DNA from: Octopus sinensis | Lineage: Eukaryota | Reading direction: 5' to 3' | DNA: 64,000 nucleotides | Assembly (NCBI RefSeq): GCF_006345805.1 | Contig: NC_043002.1 | Coordinates: 19,406,001-19,470,000 of the forward strand | Part shown: piece after piece, positions 37,430 to 49,686 of the stretch | Numbering within the stretch: position 1 is the first letter of the stretch | Layout of the letters: the number at the start of each line of letters is the position of its first letter | The notes under the pieces: model-generated | Told to the model about the DNA's origin: nothing | The model's database searches: none | What the model saw: only the letters and a program-made list of their open reading frames with translations | Position numbers and translations under genes: made by a program

Positions 37430-37720
37430 GCCGTTACATTCCAATTTCCAGCCCACACATGTGCTGTTTCTTCTGCTTGCCTTTCCTCCCACTTCTGTAT
37501 TGAGCTCAGTTTCTTTGAGCAAGTTGGTCTCCTGCCACCTTCACTCAAACATTCCCAAGTCACTTGTCTCTCTTCCTCTCGGTTTATATGTTGTCCTTTG
37601 CTCCTTAAGTAGTGCACCAACTCTTATGATCACCCCTACCTTCCCAGAGCATTGTCCCTCTGGAATCCCTCCCTGCCAATGTTTTCTCTACAGCTGTTGA
37701 CTTGCAACTGTTCAAAGGAA
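37430..37720 (+). mobile_element. Decayed CR1/Jockey-group LINE ORF2 3' end
   Basis: FQFPAHTCAVSSACL...TNSYDHPYLPRALSLWN / LPANVFSTAVDLQLFK, similar to LQSLAHRRAVSSLCLFY...RT..LWNSLP..VFP....LQ.FK; may extend upstream to ~37000. Confidence 0.7.
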
Positions 37721-40142
37721 AAAGGAACCATATAAACTCCACTAGTAAGGGAAGGTTTGAAAGGACTGTGGGTGCATACCTTCCTCCAGCTCAAAACAGT
37801 AAAAAGGAGTAAAAAAGTAACTTTATTTCAAATGTGAAGTAAAACCCACATTACAATTTAATTTTAAATGTAAAGTTTATAATTTTTAATTGTAGAACTG
37901 TTATAAGATTTCAGCTAGTTAGTTGGCAGTATATTAAGTAACCTTACCTTTCCTGAGGTCTCAGTGTAATTATGAAAATAATAGTTAAGCTGAACTGAGG
38001 TTAATTTGGTTAATATTTATCAACCAACGATCTTTTGTTTCATTAATCTCCCAGTTTTTACATGTGCATAAACTCTTTTGTTTGTTTATTTTGTAACAAT
38101 CTTTTCTTTTTCACTTTCTGTTGTTCTAGATACAGAAATATATTGATTTTTTGTTTAGCCACTAGATTTCTGATTTATAGACAAGAGAGAATGAAAGTAT
38201 GTTATGTTCATACATTTTTCATTGGTATCAGTAATATGAGAGTGGAATGACTAAATATAAATACTGAAAGCAGAATGCAGATTAAATATATTCTTCAATA
38301 TGTTTATTGTATTTGATTAAACTATTTAATTAAACAGATCTACAATTAAAAAACAGACCATCCTGTTTTTTTTTTTCTTGTACTCCTCTTTTCACACACA
38401 AACATCATTTGCAAGTAACATAAACGGACATCATACCAGATCTGCACTGCTTCTATGAAAAGAGATCTTTTAAATATATCATTCTTCAACAGTTATTTGA
38501 TGCCTTCTTCATCTGACCATTTTTGATTCTGATTTAGTACTTATTTCCCAGGTAGATGCACCAGGAAAAATAATATAGTAGAGTTATATGCTTAAATCAA
38601 AAGGTACAATAAAAATGAGCCTGGCAAGGTTTGAACTCATGACAAATTTAATCACTTAACACTTGATACCAATGTATCTGAAAATGCATCTCATGCTATG
38701 TTATAAAACATCTCATTTTAAAGTGTTCAGTTTGTCATTTTACTAAATCCAACCAGACTCTTGATTATTTTAAAAATTGACTATTGTTTAACCCTAGGCA
38801 GGCCCATCTTAACTGCATTCTAGGCCCTGAACAAATCAGTGCACTTGACCCTATAGTATTTATTTATTGACAACAAGCTGCAGCATACTTAGATCAGAAT
38901 TGGAGCCTTAGACCTGTGATGCCCCTGGCTAACTTCCCAGTGTACCCATGCCTTAAAGCAGCATTGACATCAGGTCTGCTCTAACCCAACAGACTTGTGA
39001 TCAAAGGCATTCCAGCTGTGATCACTCTTTCTTTACAAATATTTAAGACTACATTGTTCAGTGTCTTATTTTTTTTAATCACTAGATCAAATTTTGAAAA
39101 AATTTCCATAGAAGCCCCCTTGTTGACTTGTTTCAAAATTAATGGAAAGATTTAAACAGTATTTTATAAGAAATATGGTCACAAAACAGTTAAAACATTG
39201 TATTTTAATCACTTTGTACTGCAATTATTTATTTCTATATATATTCAACTTTAACTGAATTTTCCAATGCCTTTTTCCCTTGGATAGTAGCCAGACCTAG
39301 TTTTGGTAGAATATTGATAAAATTACAAGAAAGAGAAAAATAGAAAAGAGCTTCTTAGTTTTAATAAATGTTATCTATACTGATACCAGCGGGTGATTTT
39401 CTGCATGATTGGTCTACTTTAATCCGCCCAACATTTTTGTCATTTCCTGTATTAACCTCGATCCTATTAAGTCAATTCTGTGACTATTTTTGGTCTGAGT
39501 TCCCCCTGACACACTTTCTTGAAATACTGTTGTTGTAACTTGAATGCAATTTAAGTATTTTCTCTGCAGGCTGCTCAAACCCAAATGTTCTATCATCTTA
39601 TTGATTGGAGCTATCCAATATACTTCTTAATGGTTTGGGAAATAGGAAGTGTTCATGACCTTTACAGGCCCTATGAAACTGGTGAGACTGGTACAGTTGT
39701 TGTCCACTTTGAAGTCTGCAGGAAAAATGTAGATGGAAAGGAATTTTCAGAGTTGATATCCTGAAGGGAATATTAGTTAGTGCAGAGTCTAACTGATTAG
39801 AATTAGTTGAGATCCTCAAAAGTAATAACAATTATGATTTCTCACATTGAAAAAGGTCACAACTTTTTAGAGAAGGAGTATGGTCAAATCATTTGACTCA
39901 AATATATGCTTGCTACTTACTTTATTGATACAAGATCTTGGTAGGTTTTGAACACAGTACATATACGGTATCACCAAATATTATTAAAAGTTTAGTTTGA
40001 AGATTTACTATTCCACAATACCAGTAACTATAGCATCAACAAATCTGCATGACTGTGGCTATTTAACCAATAACAATAGTAATTAGTAAGCATTTCTGTA
40101 TTGCATGAGTCCCCTCTATATATTCATCTTTCCTAAAGACTA

Positions 40143-42681
40143 CCCTTCCCAGTCACATTTTTACTTCCAAATTCATGCTTAATTTACATACACCTGTCTA
40201 TACTTCCTGCATACAAACACCCTTTTGTGTACACTTATCAATTTATTATAGAATATGAGAAAAAAATGAATCAATGTGAATTATGTTTATAAAAGATTAA
40301 CCATTCTTTCTGTCTGATGATTCATGCTAAAACTACACTGTTATTGATGAAAATATTGTGCAACAACAATGCATATAATAATTAACCTCCTTACCCCTGA
40401 AAATCTGGCAGTCAAAGCAATGTTGAAATAACAAAACAAATTGGCCCATACAAGTATTTGCTGTGCTGATATCATTTATTGATTGAATGTTTCCATAATT
40501 CCAAGAGGAATCATTTGGGTGCTCTCAGCATTGCAACAAGTGGAAAATGCGGTGAGTTGGTAGTTACAGCATAATGCTTGGCTTAATGGATTTGAGTATT
40601 TAATTACTTCTTACTCTACCTTTACAATGTTAATTCTGCCGTATTTTGTTGTTTCCCAGACACCTTTCTTTGAGTTCTCTTGTTGTAATGTAAATGAAAT
40701 GTATCTTGTGTGTTTTCACTCATATTTGCAAGCTCTCTGAAGCTGGCGAGATAGATACAATTGATGTTCATTTTGAACATCTGTAAGTTGAAGTTTGTGG
40801 GAAGCGTTGGTAGGAAGGAAATTCCAGGAAGCACACCTCCTGGGAAGGAAGAAAGGAATAGTAGTTAGAAATGAATTTATTGTAATTATCATTGTTATTA
40901 TTATTTCTATGGTAGTGAATGTATGGATCAGTAGAGTGCTAGAAAAACATCCCTTGCAGTGTTTGGTTATGATTCTTAAATGTTTTGTGTTCAAATTCCA
41001 CTGATGTTGACAAAATCAACATCAGTTAGATTATTTTCTATTGGGCAGGTTTCAGATCCTGCCATCTTTAAACTTGGCAGGATTTAATTCATTTTGATTC
41101 GATACTGCTGATAAGGAAGGGGTGTGGTTGATTGAATTTAATCCATTATATTACTGATATTTTTTATCTAGAAAAAATATGAACTGAGATTGTAGAGATA
41201 TTGAAAGATACAATTACATGCTCTAAACTATTATGCCTAATATTACGCTATTTCTACCAAGTCAGTCTTTCCTGCTTGTAATACACATGAAGACCACCCT
41301 AATGATTCCTAATGATTCCTCTTGGCATTAGGTAAGCAGCCAATCAATAACTGACTATGGTGAGTTTAGACCTCATGAGGTAGAAATATACAAATAAATA
41401 TGCTTGTCATTTCTCATCCAACATACGTTAAGTTGAATTTCTCTTTATCAATAACAAACTCAACATGCACAAGAAGTCATAGTCACTTGATGTATGCTCA
41501 GTATGCTACACGTATTATTAGATCAATCTTGGAGGAATAAAGGGAATATCACAACCACTAATTTGGAGGGCTTGGCACCATAATTTTAATTAACCTCAGT
41601 ATTAAATTGGTACTTGTATTATTGACTCAAGATGGATAAAAAGCAAACTGAAACCCAGTAGAATTTGAACTTGAAATATAAAGAGCAGTAACTAAACACT
41701 ACAGCACAGTTTTCCCCATCACTATCCACTGGCCACAGAAATCAATTGGTACTTATTTTATTGATCCTCATAGAAAAGACGACATTCAGTCATGAAAAAA
41801 TTTGGACTTGGATTTTATAGGGACATAACTAAATTCCACAGAGTATTTAGTTTGATTTAGTTTTGCACTTTAATATTTTCTGCAACTAACAATTGCAAAG
41901 ATAACAACAGTTATAATAATAATAAGAAGAAGAATGATCTTTTATACTGACACAAGGGTTCATATGTATAGTGTGGTTTTAGTTGATTAAATCCAACTTA
42001 GTTCTTTCGCTATGTCAATCTTGGAAAACTTCAGGATAAAGTCAATGTCAGTAAAATTTTAGCTTGTGATGTTAAAGAATGAAACCAAATACTGCAAAGG
42101 TTGCCATTGATTCTACCATTCATCATTCTAAAAATAGCAATAGTAATTATCATTAATGACAAATTCTACCCTATCAAAGTATGAAATGAGAATGCAGAGA
42201 TAAAGCAAGATGCAATTAGACACTCTAAACTATTATGCTTTGCATTACATTATTTCTGTCAGGTCACAGCCTTTCTCACTTGTAATACATACCATGACCA
42301 CCCAAATGATTCCTCTTGGAATTATGGAAACATTCAATCAATAAATGGTCTCAGCACAGCAAATACTTGTATGGGCCAATTCGTTTTGTTATTTCTACAT
42401 AGCTTTGACTGCCAGATTTTCAGGAGTAAGGAGGTTAATTATTATAAGCATTATTGTTGCACAATATTTTCACCAATAACAGTGTAGTTTTAACATGAAT
42501 CATCAGGCAGAAAGAATGGTTAATCTGTTTATAAGCGTATTTCACATGTGATTCATTTTTTCCCTCTTGTTCTATAATAAATTGATAAGAGAGTGCATAA
42601 AAGGTGTTTATATGCTGGATGTATACACAAGTGTATGTAAATTAAATGCCAATTTCAATGTAAGCATATGACTGGGAAGGG
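40143..42681. repeat. Inverted duplication, arms 40143-40521 and 42299-42681 (~380 bp, 1.78-kb spacer)
   Basis: Manual alignment: inner ~230 bp about 95% identical, outer ~145 bp about 78%. Confidence 0.9.
40745..40848 (-). mobile_element. CR1/Jockey-group LINE 3' fragment
   Basis: PRRCASWNFLPTN / PTNFNLQMFKMNINCIYL, same family as 37430-37720. Confidence 0.6.
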
Positions 42682-43139
42682 AGTTCCAGAATGATGATGC
42701 AGTCCTTGGGAAGGAAACAAATATGAAACCTTTTATAAGGAACCCAGAGGGAGAGACATGGCAGCATGATAGGAGGAGAGGAGATGGGTAGAGTAGGTTT
42801 ACAAAAGTATTGATTTCAAGGTGAGATCTGTATAAGTTATCAGGAATTGTTAGGGTTAGAGAATTTGATGATTTTAACTGGACTATTGTTCATAGGTATG
42901 AGGAATATAGTATTGTAGCATTTGTTTCCTTGGAATATATGTTAGAATTTTGATATAAAAAAAAAACTGAATTGCAAGTTCTCTTTTCAGAATATCTATT
43001 TATGAGGGATGAAGTTGGAGTGTTGAGGTTGCATATTGACGAAACCTGTGTTCAAAAAGGGAGTTGAGGAATGTAGGATTATGTTATTAGTGTAAAATGA
43101 GTTAGCATGAAAGTTGATATTTTTGTTAGCATTGTCCTA

Positions 43140-43598
43140 GGTGCAGATATGGGTGTATGGTTACAAAGTTTGCTTGCCAACCACATAGTTTCAGGTTTAG
43201 TCCCACTGCATAACACCTTAAGCAAGTATCTTCTGCTATAGCACTGGGTTGACCAGTGAGTGGATTTGATAGATAGAAACTTTAAGAAGCCCATCATATA
43301 TATATATATATATATATATAGGTGTGTGTGTATGTGTGCATTTGCGTACATGTGCATATGTGAATGTATGTATGTATGTGATTCTTTGTCTTTACATTGC
43401 ATGGTAGCTGTAAATAGTTGTCACTGTCATATGAGCAAAATCAATGATTTCCAATCTTTTGTGAAAAACATGCCTTGTATAGAGAAATATTACCATCCTT
43501 GGAAATAGGTGAGGGTTGGTGAAAAGAGAGGCATCCAACCATAGAAAATCTGCCTCAATAAACTCTCTCTGAACCTGAATGGATGCTAAAATGATCAT
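43140..43598 (+). mobile_element. SINE family A head joined to the alternative 3' module E with (GAT)-type tail
   Basis: Head/CORE-like 43140-43297, (TA)(TG) hinge, then cttggaaataggtgagggttgg...aggcatccaaccatagaaaatctgcctcaa...atgatcatgatga. Same architecture on minus at ~46455-46800 and 51147-51558; partial at 28120-28430. Confidence 0.7.
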
Positions 43599-44159
43599 GA
43601 TGAATCTTTGAATTCATTTACACCACATTCTAGAGGGGAATAACATTTTCCATTAAGCCTACTTCTAATTGTAATTAGGACTATGTATGTTTAAAATCAT
43701 GTGAAATCTTCTTTATAGACAAGAATATAAATACAAAAATATATTAAAAAAAAACATTGCAAATGAGAATTGTCAGTCTTCTCAGCCAAGCAGCATATTG
43801 GGAGTTGGAATTTGTTTCATGCATGATTTACATGTTGATCATATTTTCTGCATTGGCTTTTCATTGCTCAACCTACATTCCTTGAATGACCGACCCATCT
43901 TTTGTGGGGCATAATGTCAGGACTATATAGTATCCTGTAAGTCAGACACAGTTTCTAGGCAGAACCATTAAAGTGTCTCATATTCATTTTAGCTCGCAGC
44001 AATGTACTGCCAAACTCAACTTTTATCTTTGCCTTTCATCTATTCTGAAGTCAATAAATTACCACTCAAGTACTTAAATTCTTCTTTATTTCTTTCCCTT
44101 TCTCCCTCTTCTTCCTTCCTATTCCCTTTCTCTCTCTGGGTTGTACAAGTAATTTAAAT

Positions 44160-44380
44160 GTCCATCCTTGTCATTGTGACACTGATTCAGTCTTAAATTT
44201 GCATTAAAGATATGTGTGGAATACTCAGCTATTTCTGCAGTAATTTTTCATTTTGTCCTTCATGTCTCACTGTGTCCTGTTCATGCACCACAGCATTTGC
44301 TGATCTATCTTTCTGTCTGTTGAACCAATCTGGTGGTTTCCTCTGCACAGTCTGGCGGGTCCAGCCTTCATATGCATAGA
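44160..44380 (-). mobile_element. Possible decayed RTE ORF C-terminal remnant
   Basis: AYEGWT...LSIPHISLMQI...VTMTRM weakly recalls YGAEAWT...LPSI..LLMQ.RLRW.GHV.RM. Confidence 0.35.
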
Positions 44381-45099
44381 TAGACAAGCCCTAGGTCACC
44401 AAAGGTTTGAATGTTGTTGGCTACCTTCACCATGGTTTAGTCAGCCTGAGGAAGCCGTTGCCCAGGGTGTGGCTGCTGTTGCATGCAGACAGCCTCAAGA
44501 AGCCACAAGTGAGGACCAAAGCAGACAACCTACTCCAAAGCGCATCTCATTTTCCCTATCAGGGATACTCCCCACCTAGACACTCCATGCATTTGATCAA
44601 ACAACTTTAATTTAATTGATTAAACAACTGACTGCTTATTGCCAAAACTCAAGAATATGCCATTATTTATAAGACCACAGTGTGTAGCTGGAAGGAGATT
44701 TAGTTGTTGTTCCTCCTTGACTACAAAAGCAAGCTGGACAGTTGAAGAGTGAAAAGAGAGCATGATGTTCAAAGTGCTACACTGCATCCTATAGAATAAA
44801 CCACCCACACTGAGGTTGACAGCATTGTCCTCTATTAGGTGAAAGTACGAATGTCATATTTGGAGCAGTGAATCTATGAATTGCACTTCGATGTGCCATA
44901 GGCATGTTTGTTCTGAACTGACATAGCACTAAACATCAAACAACCCATGTTGTTAATAAAGAGAAGTAAAAGAATAAGAAAGAAGAAATTGAGCTGAAGA
45001 GCTGCTTGGAGCTAGGAAGTATATATTTTTCAATTGGTTTGTATTTGAAGAAAAAGCTAAGTACATGGTCTTCTCATACCTTCCAATACTAGGGAGACA

Positions 45100-45600
45100 G
45101 GTACTGTTAATGTCCCTGTTAAATAGTTACAAGTCAATGGTTGCAGGAAAATCAAAAACAGGAATTCTGGGCAGCCAATGTCCTGGATAGGAAGACCTGA
45201 GTATAGCGATTAATTTAGGGTCTGGGAATGGAGAAACACAATTTAGGTGACGAGGAACTTGGATTCAGGAGTTCCTGAATGTGGAACAATAATAGCCCCT
45301 ATTATTGTAGTGGTAGAAAATTCAATGAGAGGAGCACATCTGTGCATCTGAAGTTGATGAGAGTTGGTAAACAAATTCATGCCAATTAGTCGAGTGACCT
45401 TTCTTTGGATCAGTCTAAGATATCTGAGTGTGTAGTAGCAGCACCATCTCAAATATCAGAGTAGTACCCCATTGTGGATCTCACCTGAGCTTTATTATGG
45501 TTAGTAGTTTGGGGGGGCTTAAATATTTATGGCTTCTAAAGAAAGTCAGTCTTTGTGATGCAGTCTAAATTGATGTTTAAATTTGAACTAAGATGTAGAT
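45100..45600 (-). mobile_element. Decayed CR1/Jockey-group LINE ORF2 C-terminal region
   Basis: TASQRLTFFRSHKYLSPPKLLTI.KAQVRSTMGYYSDI*DGAATTHLRYLRLIQRKVTRLIG...FPATIDL*LFNRDIN, similar to LGFLFRARKYF...LLTLYKAQVRP.MEYCSHIW.GA....L..L.RIQ.KAIRLI. Confidence 0.8.
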
Positions 45601-46940
45601 TTTGCTGAGGTGTACATCTGGGTTGATATACTGGGTGATAAAAGGAGCTATGTTAGCACATTCTTTCATGGTATGTTTTTTCAGAAAAACTGATTTAATT
45701 GGATGATAATAGTTGGAGTTCATAAACTACTTACCTTACCTGAAAATTCTCACAAATCATTGACTAATTAATTTTTCATACACTTTTACAAATTTATATG
45801 CCATTCCTTTTATTAATTGTAACATGCAACATTTTTTCGCAAATAATGATTGGATAGTTCTACAAATTGAAAACTGTGCAGTTTAGCTACTTAGCTGCAA
45901 TATGGAACAAAGATGTCATCAGTTTACTCTCTGCAGCACTGATTAGGTGTGGTAGATTTATAAAAATCTTTAAATTGATCTTCACTTCTTTCTTTAAAGA
46001 ATTAGTCCAGTGGGAATCGATAATGAAACCAGTCTTCCTGGGCAAGAATACATGAAAGTCAATGCAGAAATATAGTGTGTGTACATGTGCATGCATGTGC
46101 TTGCATAGATATGCTTTTGTGTTTACAAATGTATGTGTATGTATGGTTACATTTGTATGTAACCAGACACACACACACACACATGTATGTATATGTGTGT
46201 TTATGTTTATAAATGCTTGCATTTATAAGCATGTGTGCATGTGTATACATGCTTACACACACAGATATAGTTAACAGTTTTTAAAATAGATAAACTCTAC
46301 CTCTGCATTTTGTAAAAGGTGACAAATAAAGTTGGTTTCAGGAAGGACATCTGACCATTGAATTTGGTTTGAAAAATGGGCATAAAAATGATGAATGATT
46401 ATTGTGTATGTATGTGCGTGCATGTGTGTTTATACATGCATTTGTGTGTGTGTGTATATCATTATCATTGGTTAACATCCACTTCTCCATGCTTGCATTG
46501 GTTGGACAGAATTTATCAAAGCAGATTTTCTGGTGCTGGATGGCCTTCATGTCATCAATCCTCACTTGTTTTCAAGTATGATAATGCTCCTCATGACCAG
46601 ACATGTTTTCACAGAAGATTGGAAATAAATGACACTCCTTGCAGAATAGTGACATTCATTTACAACAATTACATGAAATCAAGGCAAGAAAAAAGACACA
46701 CACAAGCAGTTTCCATCTACCAAAGATACTTACCTAAGGTGCCATGCAGTGGAATTGAACCAGAGTGCATGTGGCTGGGATGCAAATTTTTTACCACACT
46801 ATATATATATATATATATATTTAGCAATTAAGGACAACTACTTAATAAGGAAAACTTAACAAGAAATTGTCAGGTAGATAGCGTAAAAACCTCATACGAG
46901 AAAAAATTTCGAAAATAATTATTTCTTATTGAACATATTA

Positions 46941-47264
46941 ATTTATATATAGAGGGCATTATACATACATGCCAGGAGGCATTCTACATACACGCCATAC
47001 GCTAAGAGGGACAATCAGTCATTTCTACCAAAAATATTACTAATCCCACCGAATGCAATTTTTCAAAGAAAGACATTTAAAAATATATAAGTATGAAATC
47101 ACTGTGATACAGGTCTATATATTTTTAAATGTCTTTCTTTGAAAAATTGCATTCGGTGGGATTAGTAATATTTTTGGTAGAAATGACTGATTGTCCCTCT
47201 TAGCGTATGGCGTGTATGTAGAATGCCTCCTGGCATGTATGTATAATGCCCTCTATATATAAAT
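46941..47264. repeat. Perfect 149-bp inverted repeat, arms 46941-47089 and 47116-47264, 26-nt spacer
   Basis: Base-by-base comparison shows zero mismatches; spacer agtatgaaatcactgtgatacaggtc. Confidence 0.97.
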
Positions 47265-47396
47265 ATATATATATATATATATAAACACTTTTCCTTCCTT
47301 TTGACCACTTCCGTCTTTTTAGTATGTGACCTCGTGTAGACTACCTGCTATTTTTTTTCTTCTGTCTTCCCGTCTCGGGATGTTTCTTTCTCCTAT

Positions 47397-47431
47397 GTTT
47401 CCGACGAAGAGCTCCGCTCGAAACGTCAAAC
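47397..47431 (+). ncRNA. Minimal type I hammerhead ribozyme motif (dimer-type helix III, U4C core variant)
   Basis: GUUU-CCGACGA-A-GAGC(UCC)GCUC-GAAAC-GUC|AAAC: helix I GUUU/AAAC, helix II GAGC/GCUC, palindromic ACGU helix III, GUC cleavage triplet at 47425-47427. Confidence 0.7.
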
Positions 47432-47523
47432 CCTCTTTCTTCCCTTCTTTTCTGAGCGTCCAATAATACTTTATTTGTTCCATATCCTTGCGTTGTTGTT
47501 TTTTTGTTTTCTTGTTTGGATTA

Positions 47524-47583
<60 letters not shown>

Positions 47584-48150
47584 TATACGGGGGTTTGTGC
47601 CAAAAGTTTTGAGCCCAGCTACGAAATATAAATAAAAATAAATTATTCATTTCCTGCTATTATGTCATTAAGCATTTTGGCTCAAATCCTATGGAGGATT
47701 TATTCAAGCATCCACATCTCTACTCACACACATGCACATTAATCAGACATGTGTATCATCATCATCATTTAATGTCTGTTGTCCATGCTGGCATAGGTTG
47801 GACAGTTTGACCAGAGCTGGGAAGCTGTACTACACTCCAGTCTGATTTAGCTTGGTTTCTATGGCTGGACACCCTTCCTAACACCGACTACTTTACAGTG
47901 TGTGCCGGGTGCTTTTATGTAGCACTGCACGGGCGCTTTTACATGGCACCACATGGGCACTTTTATGAGGCACTGCCATGAGTGTTTTTTCACACCAGAA
48001 GGACCAGTTTAACACTTCTGCTTCAAAGTATGTGTTTTCTTAAGTACAGCAATGTGCCAGACATCTCAGCCCTTTGTCATCTCGCCTGAAAGGTTCAGTG
48101 TCCTTCAGGTATTTATGTTGAGTCAGTTAAATTATATGGTGGAGTAAAAT

Positions 48151-48270
48151 ATAGTCAGCCAGGTTATACAAGTAAGCACCATACCTGATGACTGGTATAG
48201 TTGCATCATAGTGAACTTTTACAAGTCCAATGGAGGTGCCTTAGAGAGCGGTAATTACAGAAATATCAAA
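48151..48270 (+). mobile_element. RTE-clade reverse transcriptase fragment
   Basis: IVSQVIQVSTIPDDWYSCIIVNFYKSNGGALESGNYRNIK, similar to IP.DW..SIIV..YKGKGD...GNYRGI. Confidence 0.8.
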
Positions 48271-48611
48271 TAGCAACCTCACTAGTGCAATGCTGAAGCC
48301 ATGAAAAAATTGTCTGGTACACTTTGTAAAGTGGTTGGTGTTAGGAAGGGCATCTGATCTTAATGCCAAAGCCAAGACATTACAGCAAGACATGGTCTCC
48401 CAATTCATGGATTCCATCAAAATGTCCAACCCATGCCAGCATAGAAAATGAAAGTAAAAATGATAATAACGATGGTGGTAGTGGTGGTGGTGGTGGTGGT
48501 GATGCATTCATATGCATACCCAGATCACTGCCTTTTTTTGTATAGAATCCACATACATTGGACATGCCCATGTATTCATGCTCATACTGATATTTACATG
48601 CTTGTGTATTG

Positions 48612-48660
<49 letters not shown>

Positions 48661-49057
48661 CATCACATCATTTAATGTCAATTTTCCATGTTGCTACATA
48701 CATACATGACTAAATATTGCACACAAACATGTAGTCGTTCTTTAAAATTTCAATGAAGGAACCGTGAATCTAAGTTAGAAACCAGTTCTTTCTCCATTGG
48801 TAAATAAAGCTAAATAATAACATGCATGCATACATTTAATGCACACATGCACAAAGATGCATTGAGAAAAATTCCATAGAATTGTATCACATATAACTTA
48901 AAACATTCTTATAAATCTAGCCATGAGATACAATTGTATATCCACACATGAAATATAATCATAAAAAATACATACCCAGAAGCATAAACGTACACATGAG
49001 CTTTTACACACACATGCACATACACAGGCATGTGTAAGCTTACATACATTCACATAG

Positions 49058-49097
<40 letters not shown>

Positions 49098-49686
49098 GCA
49101 TAGACATAGGTATGTACACATAAGCACATACAATCACAAGCACATAAACATGCACTATGTATATACACAAAAATCTATTTTGCGCCATAAGAGTGAGTGA
49201 ATATGACAGAATAACATTAGTATGATCAACTTAAAAGGCTTCCATGAATCCATAAAAGTGAAAGTAAAAGCTCCATCATTCTTATATTGGGTTGTTCATT
49301 GTGCACTGTTTACTGTGCATAATCAGAATTTGAATCCGTTTAGAAAAAATAAGTTTGTATGCATTTGAAAAAACAGATATTGGTGCAGCTAGTGGTGTAC
49401 TTTAAATACAGCAGATTCACTGAATAAACAACATTGGATCACATAATTACTTTGGATTTTAATGCATTGAAGTATGCATGAATGTGTATTGAAATATTGA
49501 ATTATGCTTATAAATTCACACATGTACATGCATACACAAACATCATTATTGTAACCATCATCAACATCATCATTTAATGTCCATTCTCCATTCTGGCATG
49601 AGTTGGGCAGTTCAACAGTCAGAGGACTCCATTGTATTCCATTGTCTGTTTTTGGCATGATTTTTGCAGCTGGATGTCCTTTGCAA

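Larger units (their letters stand above)
46821..47528 (+). mobile_element. TA-bounded composite, probably Penelope-like (PLE) non-autonomous insertion, containing a foldback hairpin and a hammerhead motif
   Basis: Bounded and subdivided by (TA)n tracts (46801-46820, 47265-47283, 47529-47572); CpG-retaining; carries the minimal hammerhead typical of PLE pseudo-LTRs. No RT/GIY-YIG coding seen. Confidence 0.55.

Noticed and set aside
39570-39681. Candidate 112-nt exon with good acceptor (tattttctctgcAG) and donor (CTG|GTGAGA)
   Set aside because: In the phase-2 frame required by the upstream exon it reads WLLKPKCSIILLIGAIQYTS-stop with no SMP similarity. It could only be a poison exon, which cannot be supported without RNA data.
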